Of a stretch of DNA of 64,000 nt, positions 14,222 through 26,450 are shown piece after piece. This stretch comes from Lingula anatina (Eukaryota; Animalia; Brachiopoda), in assembly GCA_051362555.1 (NCBI GenBank), contig CM120641.1, forward strand, positions 18,228,001 through 18,292,000, written 5' to 3'. The notes beneath the pieces were generated by a model that saw nothing but the letters and a program-made list of their open reading frames with translations, did no database searches and was not told the DNA's origin. Within the stretch, counting starts at the first letter, position 1, and every line of letters starts with the position of its first letter. Both the position numbers and the translations under genes were made by a program.

Positions 14222-17200
14222 TTACTTGCCAGTGTCTCCTCCGGCTTGTAGGCCTCCAGTGTAACATCTACAACTGGGGGCATTGCTACAATCCTGCAGC
14301 CGTTGCATGTATGTGTAATTATCAGCTGGGTTCATCTGCTCCATATTTTCTGGCTGTGAAAACTGGTCCTGGGAACTGATGTGACATTTGCTGTAAATCT
14401 CGTTTCTGCCAATATTAACATCCACAGAGCGGCATGCTGGGTCGTAGCAGAGACCTCCCTCTCGACGGCCACATTCGGATTCCCTGCACACTCTTTCGCA
14501 GTCTGCGATGGTGAAGTTTGCACTGATGTGGAAGGCTTGTATTCTGTAGTCGTTGTAGTCCCTGAGTTTGACATGTCTTGTATAGACGAATGAGTCCGTC
14601 CATGGGCAGTCAGGTATAACTGGAATTCATGTTTGGGCACATATTATAAATATTGCTTTTTGTCTTTGCATAATGTATTAATATAGTGCAATACTGGTGC
14701 ATTGAGAAGGCAGAGAGGAAAAAAAAACAAACAAAAAGCATTTTGGATCTCCTCCACAAATCATCCACCTGTGTTGTAAGATACCAATATTTGGGATGCC
14801 TAATTGCCCTTCTTTTTACAGCCTTGTTGGGAACAGATATTATTACATAGAACACTTTTGGTTTTCAAAGTTTCTCAAATGTTTTCATTTTGAATGGGAA
14901 ACTTTTTAAATTTAAAATTACTGTGACTTACCATTTACAGTGCAAAATCTCCCATCTCCAGTGAAACCATTCTTGCACGTGCACACATAGGAGCCCTTTG
15001 TGTTCTCGCATGTTGCATCAAGACTACAGTCATGCAGACCTGTAGAGCACTCATTCAGGTCTAGACACATGCGTCCATCGCCAAAATATCCGGGTTTACA
15101 TACACAGGTGTAACTCCCATCAGTGTTGACACAATTTGCATTTCTATCGCACTGTGACTCACCACTGGTACACTCATTTTTATCTGGAAGAACAAATATA
15201 GAGAAATTTACTTGTAAAATAATATTCTATTCCTCAACTCAAATTAATGTTTCAGTGTGCTATGTATTACTAACTCCTCTGTCCTCTGTCATCAGATGTG
15301 AAGAAACTAGAAAGCCAAAATTGAAACCAATGGCAGAGACTCTCCTCTGTTTCAAAGAATAGGAATTTTCAGTACCATAAGGATATACTGCATGGATTTT
15401 ACTGCGAGCATGTACAAATACCCTGAAACTCAGGAAGACATTGTCCTACCTTGACAATTTTTTCCATCCCCTGTGTATCCAGGGCGGCAGATACAGCCAT
15501 ATGAGCCCAGGGTGTCCACGCAGTCAGCCTGGCTGTGGCACTGGGCAGCACCTGTAGCACACTCGTTGATGTCTGGAATGAATAAATGAATTTAAATGAA
15601 TAAATGAACAATTTTTCAACCTTGCACAGTTGTGCAGACAAAGAAATAAATAAAATGATGACAAGATGAAAAATGGATAGCTGAATACACAATTATGTTT
15701 TCAAAAGGAAAAGAAAAAGAAAAATATTTAAAAACAAAACAATAAAAAAAAAATAACAAAAAGAGGTTACGCTAAAGAAATGACTTGTGACAGTGTCATG
15801 AATAAGATTGGCATCACTCTTGACCAGCACTTTTAAAATAAAAAACCCAAAACCACAAGATTTAATGTTATGGCACAGTGTACCCTTTTCCATTTTGTTT
15901 TGTTTTTAAAATAGCATTTTGTATCATCTTTTGCAGCAATACTTCAACAGTACCTGATATTATCATTCAGTATAGTAGTCGGTGAATTCCCATTTAATTC
16001 TATACCTTGATTGCAATTATTTCCTGTCCAGCCAGGTTCACATGTACAAAAGTATCCTCCCTGGGTTTCTGTACAAGTTCCATGAGTGCAGGGATTGGGG
16101 TTGCATGGGTCTGAGGATGTCTCTAAAAAAATGTTAACATTCCCAATAGAAGTAATGTTGTTATAATTTTAAAATGCATCAGTTCCAACCGAACATGTAC
16201 AAATATCATTTCTTATCTTTATCTTAATCAGATAAAGAAAAATTCTGAGCATTAATAAAATATTGTCAGTATCCTATGCGATTAATACATACATTATTAA
16301 TACATAATAATTATTTATAGGCAGTTTAGACTAGCCTAGGGGAAATTGTTGAAATCTAACAAAGAACTTATGATTTTTTTCTCTATAGTTTTGGATGGAG
16401 TATACCTTGTTGATTAAGGGGAAAATGTTGAAATTCCCAGTAAAAAGTAACATTTTGCTTTATGAAGACTTTTGCCATTAAGAATAATAGGTCTACAATA
16501 ATACTAATAAAAAGTGTATTTATGTTTTTGGTTAGCTAAATCACGTTCTTGTATGTTTTCAAAACATCTAAGAAACACTTACGTTGACAATTAAATCCAT
16601 CCCCAACATAACCAGATCTACACGTACAGGAGTAGGAGCCCTGGGTGTTGCTGCACAATGCGTTGCTATGGCAATCATGACCGCCCGTGCTACACTCATT
16701 CACGTCTACAAATGCATTTACTAGCATATCAAATTTCAATGATTTTGTGAAAAAAGGAAAAGAAGGCAAAATAAGTGAGCACTTGAATGCATAGAAAAAA
16801 ATATCCTGGATGAAATAAAATAATATTTTTGTTTCGTTTGTGTTGATCGAGCAAAGTGGCAGTTTATCCTTGAAAGGTAGGCCTATACCAGGGGCGGATC
16901 CAGGATTATTTGAAGGGGGGGTCCGCGCATGCGAAGCCGACCCCCCCCCCCCCCCCAAAAAAAAAAAAAAAAAAATTCTTTGACACCCCCCCTCTAAATC
17001 CGCCACTGTATACTAATATTTCCCATAATAGACCTGTATTTAGTCTGTGGTTGAGCACGCGCAGGCCCTTACCGCTGCAAAAGTTGAAACCGTCTCCTGT
17101 AAAACCACTGGGGCATGCGCAGGTGTAGCTGCCAGGGAGGTTACTACATATCGCGCCAGAGGCACACCTATTGCCGTCTTCACACTCGTTAATGTCTGAA

Positions 17201-19807
17201 GTTTGGGAAAAAATAGATAACTAAGCGAATTGAACAATACCATTCTGCAACGTCAAAACAGAATTCCATCAAAATCAGAATTAGGCTATCAAAGCTGTCA
17301 TATTTTCAGCATATTGATTTCTTATTACTTAATGAATAAGTTATACATAAACAATATTTGAAATAATTGCAATATGGGCTAAACTTATCTCTTTTTAAAT
17401 AGAATTGTTATATAAAATTCCAACGAATGACCTGGTTGCAATTCTTCAGTATTCTTCAGTATTCCTTACTTTTTAAAAGATCTTTTAAGTTGTATTAGAA
17501 AACTTACCCGTGCACTGGAAACCGTTGCCTTGGAATCCTGCATTACATAGACAGAAATAAAAGCCGGGTTGGTTAATACATCTGGCGTTGACATGACAAC
17601 TGTGCTTGCCAGTGCGACATTCGTCAACATCTGAAATCAAATTAATTAAACAAAATATTCATCCAGAAAGTTCCTTGAAGGTTCTGCAGATATAAATACC
17701 GATTCGAACAGGCCTAGGAATGATAAGATTTTTGATTTTGTTAACTGTAATGTAGTAATTGAAATAATTATGACGATTATCTCAAGTCTAAAACTAGCAG
17801 GGTATGATGTTTGATAAAGTGAGATGGAACCAACATTTAATTCAGCAGAATTGTTGAAAATGGTTAGAACATTAAAATAAAATAAATTATGATATAATGT
17901 CTATGTTATCGTTGAGTGGGGTGGAGGGGGCTTTAAACAAGGCCCATGATTTATATAGATCTGCATTCATTTTCAAAAACCTTACCTCTAATTTTGTTTT
18001 GTTTATCTATCTATTTATTTATTTATTTATTTTCAATCAATAATTCTCATTGTATCTCTATTACGAGTGTTTATAGAAACTATGAACATGGCTCAAGTTG
18101 TGTTTGTGAAGTACACCTAAGTCATAAAACTCGGCTAAGCGTTTAGCGCAATCGAAGAAAAAAATCGACTACATAATGTCATTACATCTAACCGCAATAG
18201 TACAATAACAATAGTCTTTACCTCTATCACATCGTTCGCCAGTGTAACCCACATTACAAAGACAACGGAAAGAGCCAGTGGACGCTGCCTCCAGACACCG
18301 GCCGTTCTTACAATAGTCAGGGGGACAACTTGTCGCCGTCGTGGGCACAGCAGTCGACAAAGGGGTGGTGCTGGTGAGGGTTGGTCGAGTCGCGGCCGTG
18401 GTTACTGCAAAGAAGAAACATACTCAACTTTGCGGGAACACTACGTTATTAGACATGGCAGATGTTATCTTTCCTATCTGTTTTTTTTCCTGGTGATTAA
18501 TAGTAAACGATGGTAGTGTGTGTGGGAATACTACATTCTTCTGTTTAAAATATGTCACTTTGGTGATTTTTAAGCGTGAAAAAGAAGCGTTAATAAGCGA
18601 CACCCTGGTTATTGACTAAACATGAAGTCAAAAGATATTAAAATATATGCCACATTAAAAATCACTTCAAAGTCGCATTTCATTATCTGTGCTGCTTTGT
18701 TTAAGATATTTAATACACTATCATAACTTTTTTTGGCATTCAAAAGAGCTCATGTTAAACTTTTACTGACGCGTTAGTTTCGCGCCCAAGGCAAATACCG
18801 ATAAACGAACCCTATCATTTAGGACAACGGTGAACAGTTAATTCCCAGGCGTTCTTGTTGAAATCATTATGTTGTCGATATGCATTTTAAAATAATTTCT
18901 AGACAGTGATGTTTTTAAAGAAAATTTATGAAATCGTGAAATGTATTGGAAAAGCAATATGTAATTAAATACGCATATCAAGAATTCATCTAGGATAAAA
19001 TCGAATACCATGTTGTGAACTTCATATTCTTTAAAAGGAGGGGAACTGTTAACCTTTGACGCAAAATGTACATCATTTTAAGAATCTATTTTATATATTA
19101 TTTCTCAGAATTTATCACATATTCCTTTTTTACCTTTGACACTATAGGAACACCATTTCAAGAATCTATTTTATATATTATTTCTCAGAATTTATCACAT
19201 ATTCTTATCGATATGAAATTAGACAGGGTCCCAAGATTATACCAATGTGCTACGTGGATTGTACATAAAATGATAAAAAAACACGCTGACTAACTAACAA
19301 ACAAACAAACAAATAAAAACGACCACCTTACCCGTGCCGCTTTTGATACAGTATTTCCTATCCACCGGTCCGAATACAGAGCAGGGGTTGTGGTCCCCTT
19401 TAGAAGCCGTAGTGAAGGCACTGCTGACGGTGGTGCCGGGGGCGCACCACATCCATTGTACGATATCGTTGGGACAGCATTGCCAATACCCACACCTGTT
19501 GACGGTATCGGCAATGTACAAGCCCTCTACGCACTCGACGACTGAAATGTTGTGTGAACTTCTACAGAGACATGGCATTGCATTGAAAAATAACTTTTTC
19601 GATATACTGATAATGAGTTGTCTTGAGTATTTTAGATTGCTTTTTAGAAATGAATGAAAAAATTAAAAGACATTGATTAAAAAAGTGAGCTAAAGTGAAA
19701 CACTTACTTGGAGCGCTGTTCACTGACGGAGTTCCCATTTTCAAAGCAAAACCCAAGCTGTTTCCCATGAGCAGAAGTAACAGTCCAACGAAGCAAACGA
19801 AATGCAT
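14222..19807 (-). CDS. Secreted mosaic protein, about 583 aa: signal peptide, chitin-binding type-2-like domain, Thr-rich linker, 8 EGF modules (6 calcium-binding), PAN/Apple-like domain
   Basis: Minus-strand exons 19807-19708 ([19 protein letters not shown], signal peptide), 19541-19332 ([20 protein letters not shown]...WCAPGT...NPC...YC), 18404-18222 (Thr-rich + EGF), 17630-17508, 17195-17073, 16705-16583 (D[VI][DN]EC cbEGF), 16122-16006 (EGF), 15572-15450, 15183-14932 (two cbEGF), 14619-14222 (TIADCERVC...CRSVDV...CHISSQD...YTYMQR, TAA). All introns are phase 1 GT-AG and the frame is continuous. Confidence 0.88.
16889..17008. mobile_element. Short MITE-like element with CAG(G/T)GGCGGAT terminal inverted repeats
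   Basis: CAGGGGCGGATCCAG...TAAATCCGCCACTG, with internal poly-C and poly-A tracts, in an intron of the EGF gene. Confidence 0.7.
19080..19204 (+). repeat. 45-bp direct repeat pair
   Basis: AAGAATCTATTTTATATATTATTTCTCAGAATTTATCACATATTC occurs at 19080-19124 and 19160-19204. Confidence 0.9.
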
Positions 19808-20583
19808 TTTATTAGTAGATTATGATGACGATTTTGATTTTAAGTCCTCCAGAATTTCGAACAGCGCGTTTGTTAAAATTTTGAACTTTTCTCTCTCCCG
19901 TAGGTCAGTGTCACTGTGCTTATTTGCTTTTGCGTTTGTCGCTATAAATTGTATTTGCGTCAACCACAATTTCCTCTTCTGTGACCAACTTCAAGCTCTC
20001 TGACTTATCCTTTAGGCTAAAATAGTACGCTTTATCTACTTTGTGATCAAGGAATGTCAAAATAATTTATGCCAGAAGTCCGGATGGGTAAGACATGGAC
20101 GTGTGTGCCACACCCGTTTATTTCATCAGTATAACGTGGGTTTGGGACACGAAAAACGCCTTATCTTTATCTTCACGGCAGCTGCATTCGTTTTCTCACA
20201 CCGTTATTATAAACTTTGTCATAACAGATTCCTCATTAGCCATTCTATTAAAATACGCAGACGTTTTAACGGAATAGCCTGCGGCAGGACTTGTTGGTTG
20301 ACCATTCTTCAAAGCCAATAAAATATCAGAAAGATAGTGAATTTAAAGTCTCATTTTCTATAAAAAGCTGGTTTAATTGGGTAATGATTTAGTTAACTAC
20401 ATGATATCTTTCATATAAAGGATAAGGCAGAATTACCGAGGGCCAGAGTTCTTGCATAATCTTCAAAGGTTATGTAATATTTCAACTAGAAAACACGCTA
20501 TAGTTTTGAAAAAAAAATGACTGAAAATGGTTTAAACATAACGTTTTTATTTTCTCTTTACTGTGAAGCGAATGGAATATCTG

Positions 20584-20590
20584 AATAAAA

Positions 20591-20625
<35 letters not shown>

Positions 20626-20626
20626 A
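20584..20626 (+). repeat. (AATA)n microsatellite
   Basis: Direct run of AATA units. Confidence 0.9.
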
Positions 20627-23284
20627 AATGTAGATTCTATGATACTCGTTTTATAAAAAGTGAGTTTTTAAAAATAAAATATCACAATTTTTGCCTTTTC
20701 TTCAAATTTAGCCCATGATGTCCACTTGATATACCGGAATAACCGGGGGCGCGTTGATTCAACCCTCATAAAAACGAATATTTCATTCAACAAAATAAGC
20801 AAGATTGAAATAACTATTTTTAGACAGAAGTGGGGGAATCTGATAATTATCTGCATATTTGATGCTGCCATTTTTAGGTTATTTTCCTCAATTATGGTAA
20901 GCGTTGTAATTTATGGTAATCAGTAGGGGAACGAGCTAGCCACAGCCGCCTACTAACACTTGGATGTTTGTTATATAAAATAAAATATAATTACGGCGTG
21001 GGTTACTTCCGAAATTTTGAAAGCATTTTTATTAAAATACAGTCTGAGATTAAAATAATTTTTTACCTATCATTTTTTGTTTTTGTGCGTCATTCACATT
21101 TGAATGTCGAATTTACGCAAAATATTCTAAGAATTTGGTCGTTACTAGCATGACCTAATAGGTACATTATTCACGGGGAATATATACATTTAAATATTTT
21201 TTATCCCTTATGCCTCTTCCCAACTTTACTTGATCTCTTTAACTGTGGAACTGTCAAATATATTGCCATCAATTTTAGAAAAATGCTAACTTAATTGGAT
21301 TAGTAACAAAACGCGGGCTCTGGGGCAGCAAAATCCATAAACCTATGTTATACAAATTCCGGGAACTGTTTTCAGTTTGGTTGCCGTCTTCTCCCCATTG
21401 AAGTTGAAAGAAGAAATAATTAAGTAAGTGATACTAGTAGAAAGAATTCTTATGATTCTCTTTGACTAACACATTGCGGAGTCTGTAAAAAGTAGACTGA
21501 CTTAACAAAGAATATCGACAAAAAGTTCATAAACACTACCTCAAGGATGGACTATGCCGCTTTTAAACTTTTATTCAAAGGGTTGAATGCACACGTACTG
21601 CCTTAAAACAGATGCCTACACATACAGACGGCGCACTAGCTTTTGTAAAGGTGGGAATATCATATAAAGAGTTGAAAAAAGTACTGAGGGATTCTCAGAG
21701 CCTGACGACATTATATGTTCAACGATGCAGACCAACAGCAAACGGTTGAGAAACTGGAATTGTGACTGAAATGAATATTGACAACTAGCACAGCTAACAC
21801 ATTTTTTGTTGAGATCCAGACTATTGCAATTGGGAGTCTGGAAGCTCGTGTTGAATGAAAGACATTTGTCGTTCCATTTACTTTTTTTAGATTTGACATT
21901 TTTTTCGATTAATCCAGTTAATATTATAACGCTTCCCTGATCGTATTACTATCAAGCAGCAGCCAACTCAAAATTACAGATTCCCACAGCAGGTTTGAAC
22001 TCGCGTGCCAGCGGGCAAAAACGATTTCTTTCTTTGATTAACAAAAAGACCCAAATTTGGGACCGCAGCTTAGATTAAAAAACTGACACGTAACTGTCAA
22101 AATTTTATAAGTGATTTTTTAACCTTCGTCAACGTACTCATGATCTTAATGTCGATTCTTTTGTTAATCTGCAACTTGTCAGCCGCTAAGGGTAATCCTT
22201 TTTTTCGTTGATTTGGCTGTGTAAAGTAATTAAGACTCTTTCGGTAGCCTAATTATTTTGATATACTCTTTTATAAACATTCCATTTATTTAAACATTCA
22301 GGTTGATATAGCCCAGCTCACCAATTTGCTGTCTTCGCCTCTAATTTGTTCATATTCCGAGTGGTCACATTGTGAAGAAATTCCAGCCAAAATATGCATG
22401 GAAAGGTACCGATTACCGCCAGGCTTTTACGGCTGTTTTAAAATTGGCGAAGAAACAGTTATATCATCGGATACGATAGGTAGGCTTAATTTGGAAGGGG
22501 TGTTTAGTGTCAGAAACCTTACTGCATCATTTGGCATTACATTGTATAAACCTATTTTCATTGTGACTGATGCGGATTTGCATCTCTTTTTCTTTCCGAA
22601 GATTAAGGTGCGAATGGTTTCTTACTGTATTAGTATACACTCCATTGCTAGGCAGTTAATGCATTTAAGATGCCGTAACTACCTCTCTGCTTTTGATACA
22701 TTTTATGGAGTGCTTGTTCACATCTGCAAAGCCAAAAGGGCTACTTATTCTTAAATTGCTATTCATGTGTAAATCTGAAGTGGTGATCATCATAAGAGTT
22801 CCTTTTCATATTTTTCGTACAATATTTATTTGCCCATGCAAACATCTTGTTCTATATTTTTGCTTTTTTTAATCAGTTCTGTTGAGTACATATAATAAGT
22901 GACGAACGTTTATGACTGAAAATAATTAAACATACCTACGTGGTATTTGTTTTAGTATTGATTCTTTCACTTATAAAACCATCGATCATAAGACTCGATG
23001 TTTACAGGCCAATACCGTTTCCTATATAATTCATGCACGTCAATCAATATCACGGGTGATTATTGTATTCAATACCATTTTCGTAGCAGAGGGACACTTT
23101 TGTTACAAAACGTATAATGATACCAGCATTCGTAAAAGGGAAGCAACGTTTTCACTGAGCTTGAAAACTACTCGTGGCACAACCAACTCAAAAGGAATTG
23201 ATAATAAATAAGATCTTGACCAAGAGTCTCCTTGAGGCAGAGGACGCAAACAGGAACAAATGTCGACCGCCATGCTGTCGTCTG

Positions 23285-23297
23285 GTTGCTGAGGAAG
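23285..23297 (+). promoter_or_regulatory. Possible RFX X-box-like site upstream of the CXorf65-like start
   Basis: GTTGCTGAGGAAG lies about 45 nt before the ATG and partly matches the GTTNCC-N-GGNAAC X-box of ciliary genes. Confidence 0.3.
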
Positions 23298-23338
23298 GAC
23301 ATCGAAATTTTCGAATGTTCGGATAGGGCAGAGAGACC

Positions 23339-26023
23339 ATGTTTATTACAGTGTTATACGGAGGTGAGGATAGATTCGCCGTCTTTTTTGTTGTTGAAAC
23401 TTTTGATTGGATCGGGAAAATTTCTTGAATTTCTAAACTTCGGTAGTACCCCCCCCCCCTCTATATCGTTGCGAGGATAGTATAGGCTACTGTGCCACCT
23501 TGAACTGAGAGTAAGTTGGATACTAAAAGATAAAGGGAAGGAGAGCGTAACTTAAAAGACACCACGAAGTGCCGAGTCCACTCTGGCTATGTGACAATCG
23601 AAAATTTATCCCGCAATCGATAAGTTTATTAATCTAATGAGAACCTGACACAATTTCGATCGCTACAGGGCCACAGGTTTGCAGTGTTCACTGTTCGGTG
23701 CACTGTTCTAAAAACATGAATAAGGGAGTCACTAACAATTGTAATACACTTAAGAAGCAACAGACATAGGTCTATATGTATACCTATAGCATTAGTTCAT
23801 GCAAGTTTAAGATGTAGCAGTGACTTGACCATTGATTTATACACATGAATAATTAACCTGTGCGACACGTCTAAGGCGAAAATGACATGAGAGATTGATT
23901 TTCCTTATGCTTTGAAGTCGGCCACTAACAATTGATGTTACGCTGTAATCTAGGTACACTTGTATTAACTTATTCGTATTTTTAATATTCAGATAACAGA
24001 CAGCAAATTTTCAACCCAAACTGCTTGGTGAAGATTTTGCTACATCACATTAAAGAGAGGTGTCATTTAGACAAAAATGGTATTTCTTTTTTTTTTTTAT
24101 TTGATGGTATTACTTTTAATATTTATTTCTATTATTTTGTTTTCATCACTCGTGATACCTTGTTAAATAAAGTCAGATTTTAATTTGGTTTTAGGTAAAT
24201 TTTTTTGAGGAAAATATTTAATATTTATTATCGCGAAACATACACGATAAAAAATTAAGAAAAATGATAGTTGGCAGCTCATCAGTTGTTCTTATTTAAA
24301 CTGATTTATTTACAAGAATGCTCCGTGATTCTAACCTAGAAAATTTTACGATTACATGAAAAAACGACCTTTTTCAGATGTAGTCGAGTTATCTGACGAC
24401 CAGGGCGCGGTAAAGAATCTTCACACCAACCTCACAGAATACGGCACTGAATTCCTTAGCGACAGGGAGCAGTTGATACTATTACGAGTGGAAAGTAAGT
24501 TATTTAAAACGAAGGCGGTGTAACGAACCTGAAGGTCCGTGTAACAGAAAGTCCGCCCCCCATTTAGTTATAATGGTTTAGGTTAAAACCTAAGGCTTAC
24601 CTGCACTAATCAATGGGAAGCGGACTTTTTGACCCCATTCCCATACCTAGATCGATCTAGCGGGATCGATCCATCTTCGAGGGGTTTCTCGCTAAATTGC
24701 ACTCAGCTTAAGCGGCTCTAATATTTGGTATGCCTACTGAAGCTATTAGGGGGTAATTAATCATTATCATTAGCAGCTTCAGTGGGCGTGCCAGAAATCT
24801 AAGCCTCTTCAGCTGAATATAATTTAGCTAGAATCTCCTCGGAGATGGGTCGATCTTTTTAGATCGATCTAGGTGTGGCCCCGGGCCCTCCTCTTTCTCT
24901 ATTCTTCAGCAGGTATCTAATCCAAACTTATAATGACAAGGCTTCTCCTGTGACCCCTCTTCGCATGAGCCTATATCCTGCTTTTGCCTCCCCCCTCCCC
25001 CCAAAGTAAAATTCTGAATCCTAAATCCGACATATATATGTATCCACAAAACTTTCTGTCATCTTCAGGACTCGGATATCGTAGTGCCTATATAATCTTT
25101 TTTCCTTTGTTGGAATAACTTTCTGATCACAAATTTTCAAGTATATATATATATATATATATATATTCTTTATTTATTTTTCATCTTTTTAAACTCAATT
25201 ACGTTGTTACACAAGTGCAGAAGTGCAGGCCGGCAAAAAACGACAATGGAAGCTTTATGTTAGTGCCCAACATAAGGATATCGATCTGCCTATAAACAAA
25301 AAACTGAGTTTTGTAATTAGTTGTTACTATGACAATAATGATACACTATTTTTACAGAGGACGCTGAGGGTGAAGAGGACAGACCTTTGTATATTCCACT
25401 TTTGGACGGTTTGGAAGAGGATGAAGAATTTATAAGTAAGTAAAACCCACCATAGGAAAGTAAAGTTACCCCATTGTGAAGGGGCCTACACACTATTTTG
25501 CATTTTCAAGTCCTTATGGGCAATTTATGGAGCAATTAGTAAATATGTATTCAGGTCTGTGAATTAGGTGTACATTGTTCCTCACCAAAAAGGATTTTTT
25601 TTCTTTTTTTACAAGGAATAGAAAAGCAACTTAACAATTTGCATCAATAATATTGTTTCTTATTTCAAAATATCAAAAATGAAATCTTGTCATGGAGCCT
25701 CAGACCATGACCGTAATTAGCTCTCACAATTTTAGTCTCGAGTGTCAGTTTTAATTCTTTAAAATATGCCATCAACAAGACAGATAAGTTTCTGAGGACG
25801 GTTAATTTAATTTTATTTATTTAGTCATTTTCTTTTTGTTATTCCAGGAAAACTGAATCCTAACCCCGAGCCCCCCAGTACAGCCCCAAAGGGCAAACGT
25901 CTCTCCAAACACAGGGGGTCAGTGGTGGATACAGATGGATATAAGGGGAAGAAAAATAAACAGCCTGCTAAAAAGACAACTCTTAGAACAAACTCTGCTG
26001 GGAAAAGGGGGTCAATCAATTAA
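23339..26023 (+). CDS. Uncharacterized CXorf65/C22orf15-like protein, 160 aa, 5 exons
   Basis: Exons 23339-23363, 23993-24079, 24378-24494, 25358-25435, 25848-26023, all phase 1 GT-AG. They give MFITVLYGDNRQQIFNPNCLVKILLHHIKERCHLDKNDVVELSDDQGAVKNLHTNLTEYGTEFLSDREQLILLRVEKDAEGEEDRPLYIPLLDGLEEDEEFIRKLNP... with a basic tail and TAA. ACCATG start context; AATAAA at 26034. The N-terminus resembles recalled CXorf65 (MFIFIKHGDNQQFLVNTNC...YASKYL...FVPLL). Confidence 0.82.
24641..24878. mobile_element. Palindromic MITE-like element, family A copy 1
   Basis: Termini CCATACCTAGATCGATCTA...TAGATCGATCTAGGTGTGG with imperfect internal complementarity throughout; a related copy lies at 47159-47373. Confidence 0.75.
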
Positions 26024-26247
26024 CTTGAAATGCAATAAAGAATGTTTCTGATTGTTTGAAAAGGAGCATAATCTTTGTATTGATATATATTTTAGATCGA
26101 TTAGAAACTGCTGATGATAAAGACAAAGAAGGAAGGGTTTATTACCCCAACAACACGCCCCTCACACCCTGAAAGTAGAAAAGAAAAGGTGTGAACTATG
26201 GGCCCGTTTCACGAAGCTCTCATAATAAATCCAATCTAGCATCTCAC

Positions 26248-26450
26248 TCTGTGACTTCTTTCCTCACAGTATGTTCGTCTTGCAGTCTGGCATTAACCTT
26301 AATGAAGTAGTAATTCCCATGCTGATCCAGTAGGAATTCCACAGTTCCAGCGTTCTCATAACCCACATGTTGAGCCAGTTTTACAGCATCTGCAGTCATC
26401 TGGTTACGGACTTCACTGTTAAGCTGAGGAGCTAAGGCGATCTTCACGAC
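26248..26450 (-). pseudogene. PC: Isolated degraded exon of pyruvate carboxylase (biotin carboxylase ATP-grasp region)
   Basis: Translates as [67 protein letters not shown], against the PC consensus VVEIAPA...[12 protein letters not shown]...FIEVNARLQVEHTVTEEIT. Conserved residues are substituted, it ends at a GA|GTGAG donor, and no other PC exons are visible in the window. Confidence 0.85.

Noticed and set aside
14332-14640. Apparent frameshift between two overlapping minus-strand ORFs in the last EGF-gene exon
   Set aside because: With the phase-1 acceptor at 14619 the exon is open in one frame to TAA at 14222; the Thr-rich ORF is an off-frame reading.
19080-19204. Repeat-spacer-repeat pattern superficially like a CRISPR unit
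   Set aside because: Only two AT-rich repeats inside a eukaryotic intron, with no cas genes.
22326-22754. 142-aa ORF
   Set aside because: Non-ATG start, no recognisable motif and no convincing splice context; likely a chance ORF.
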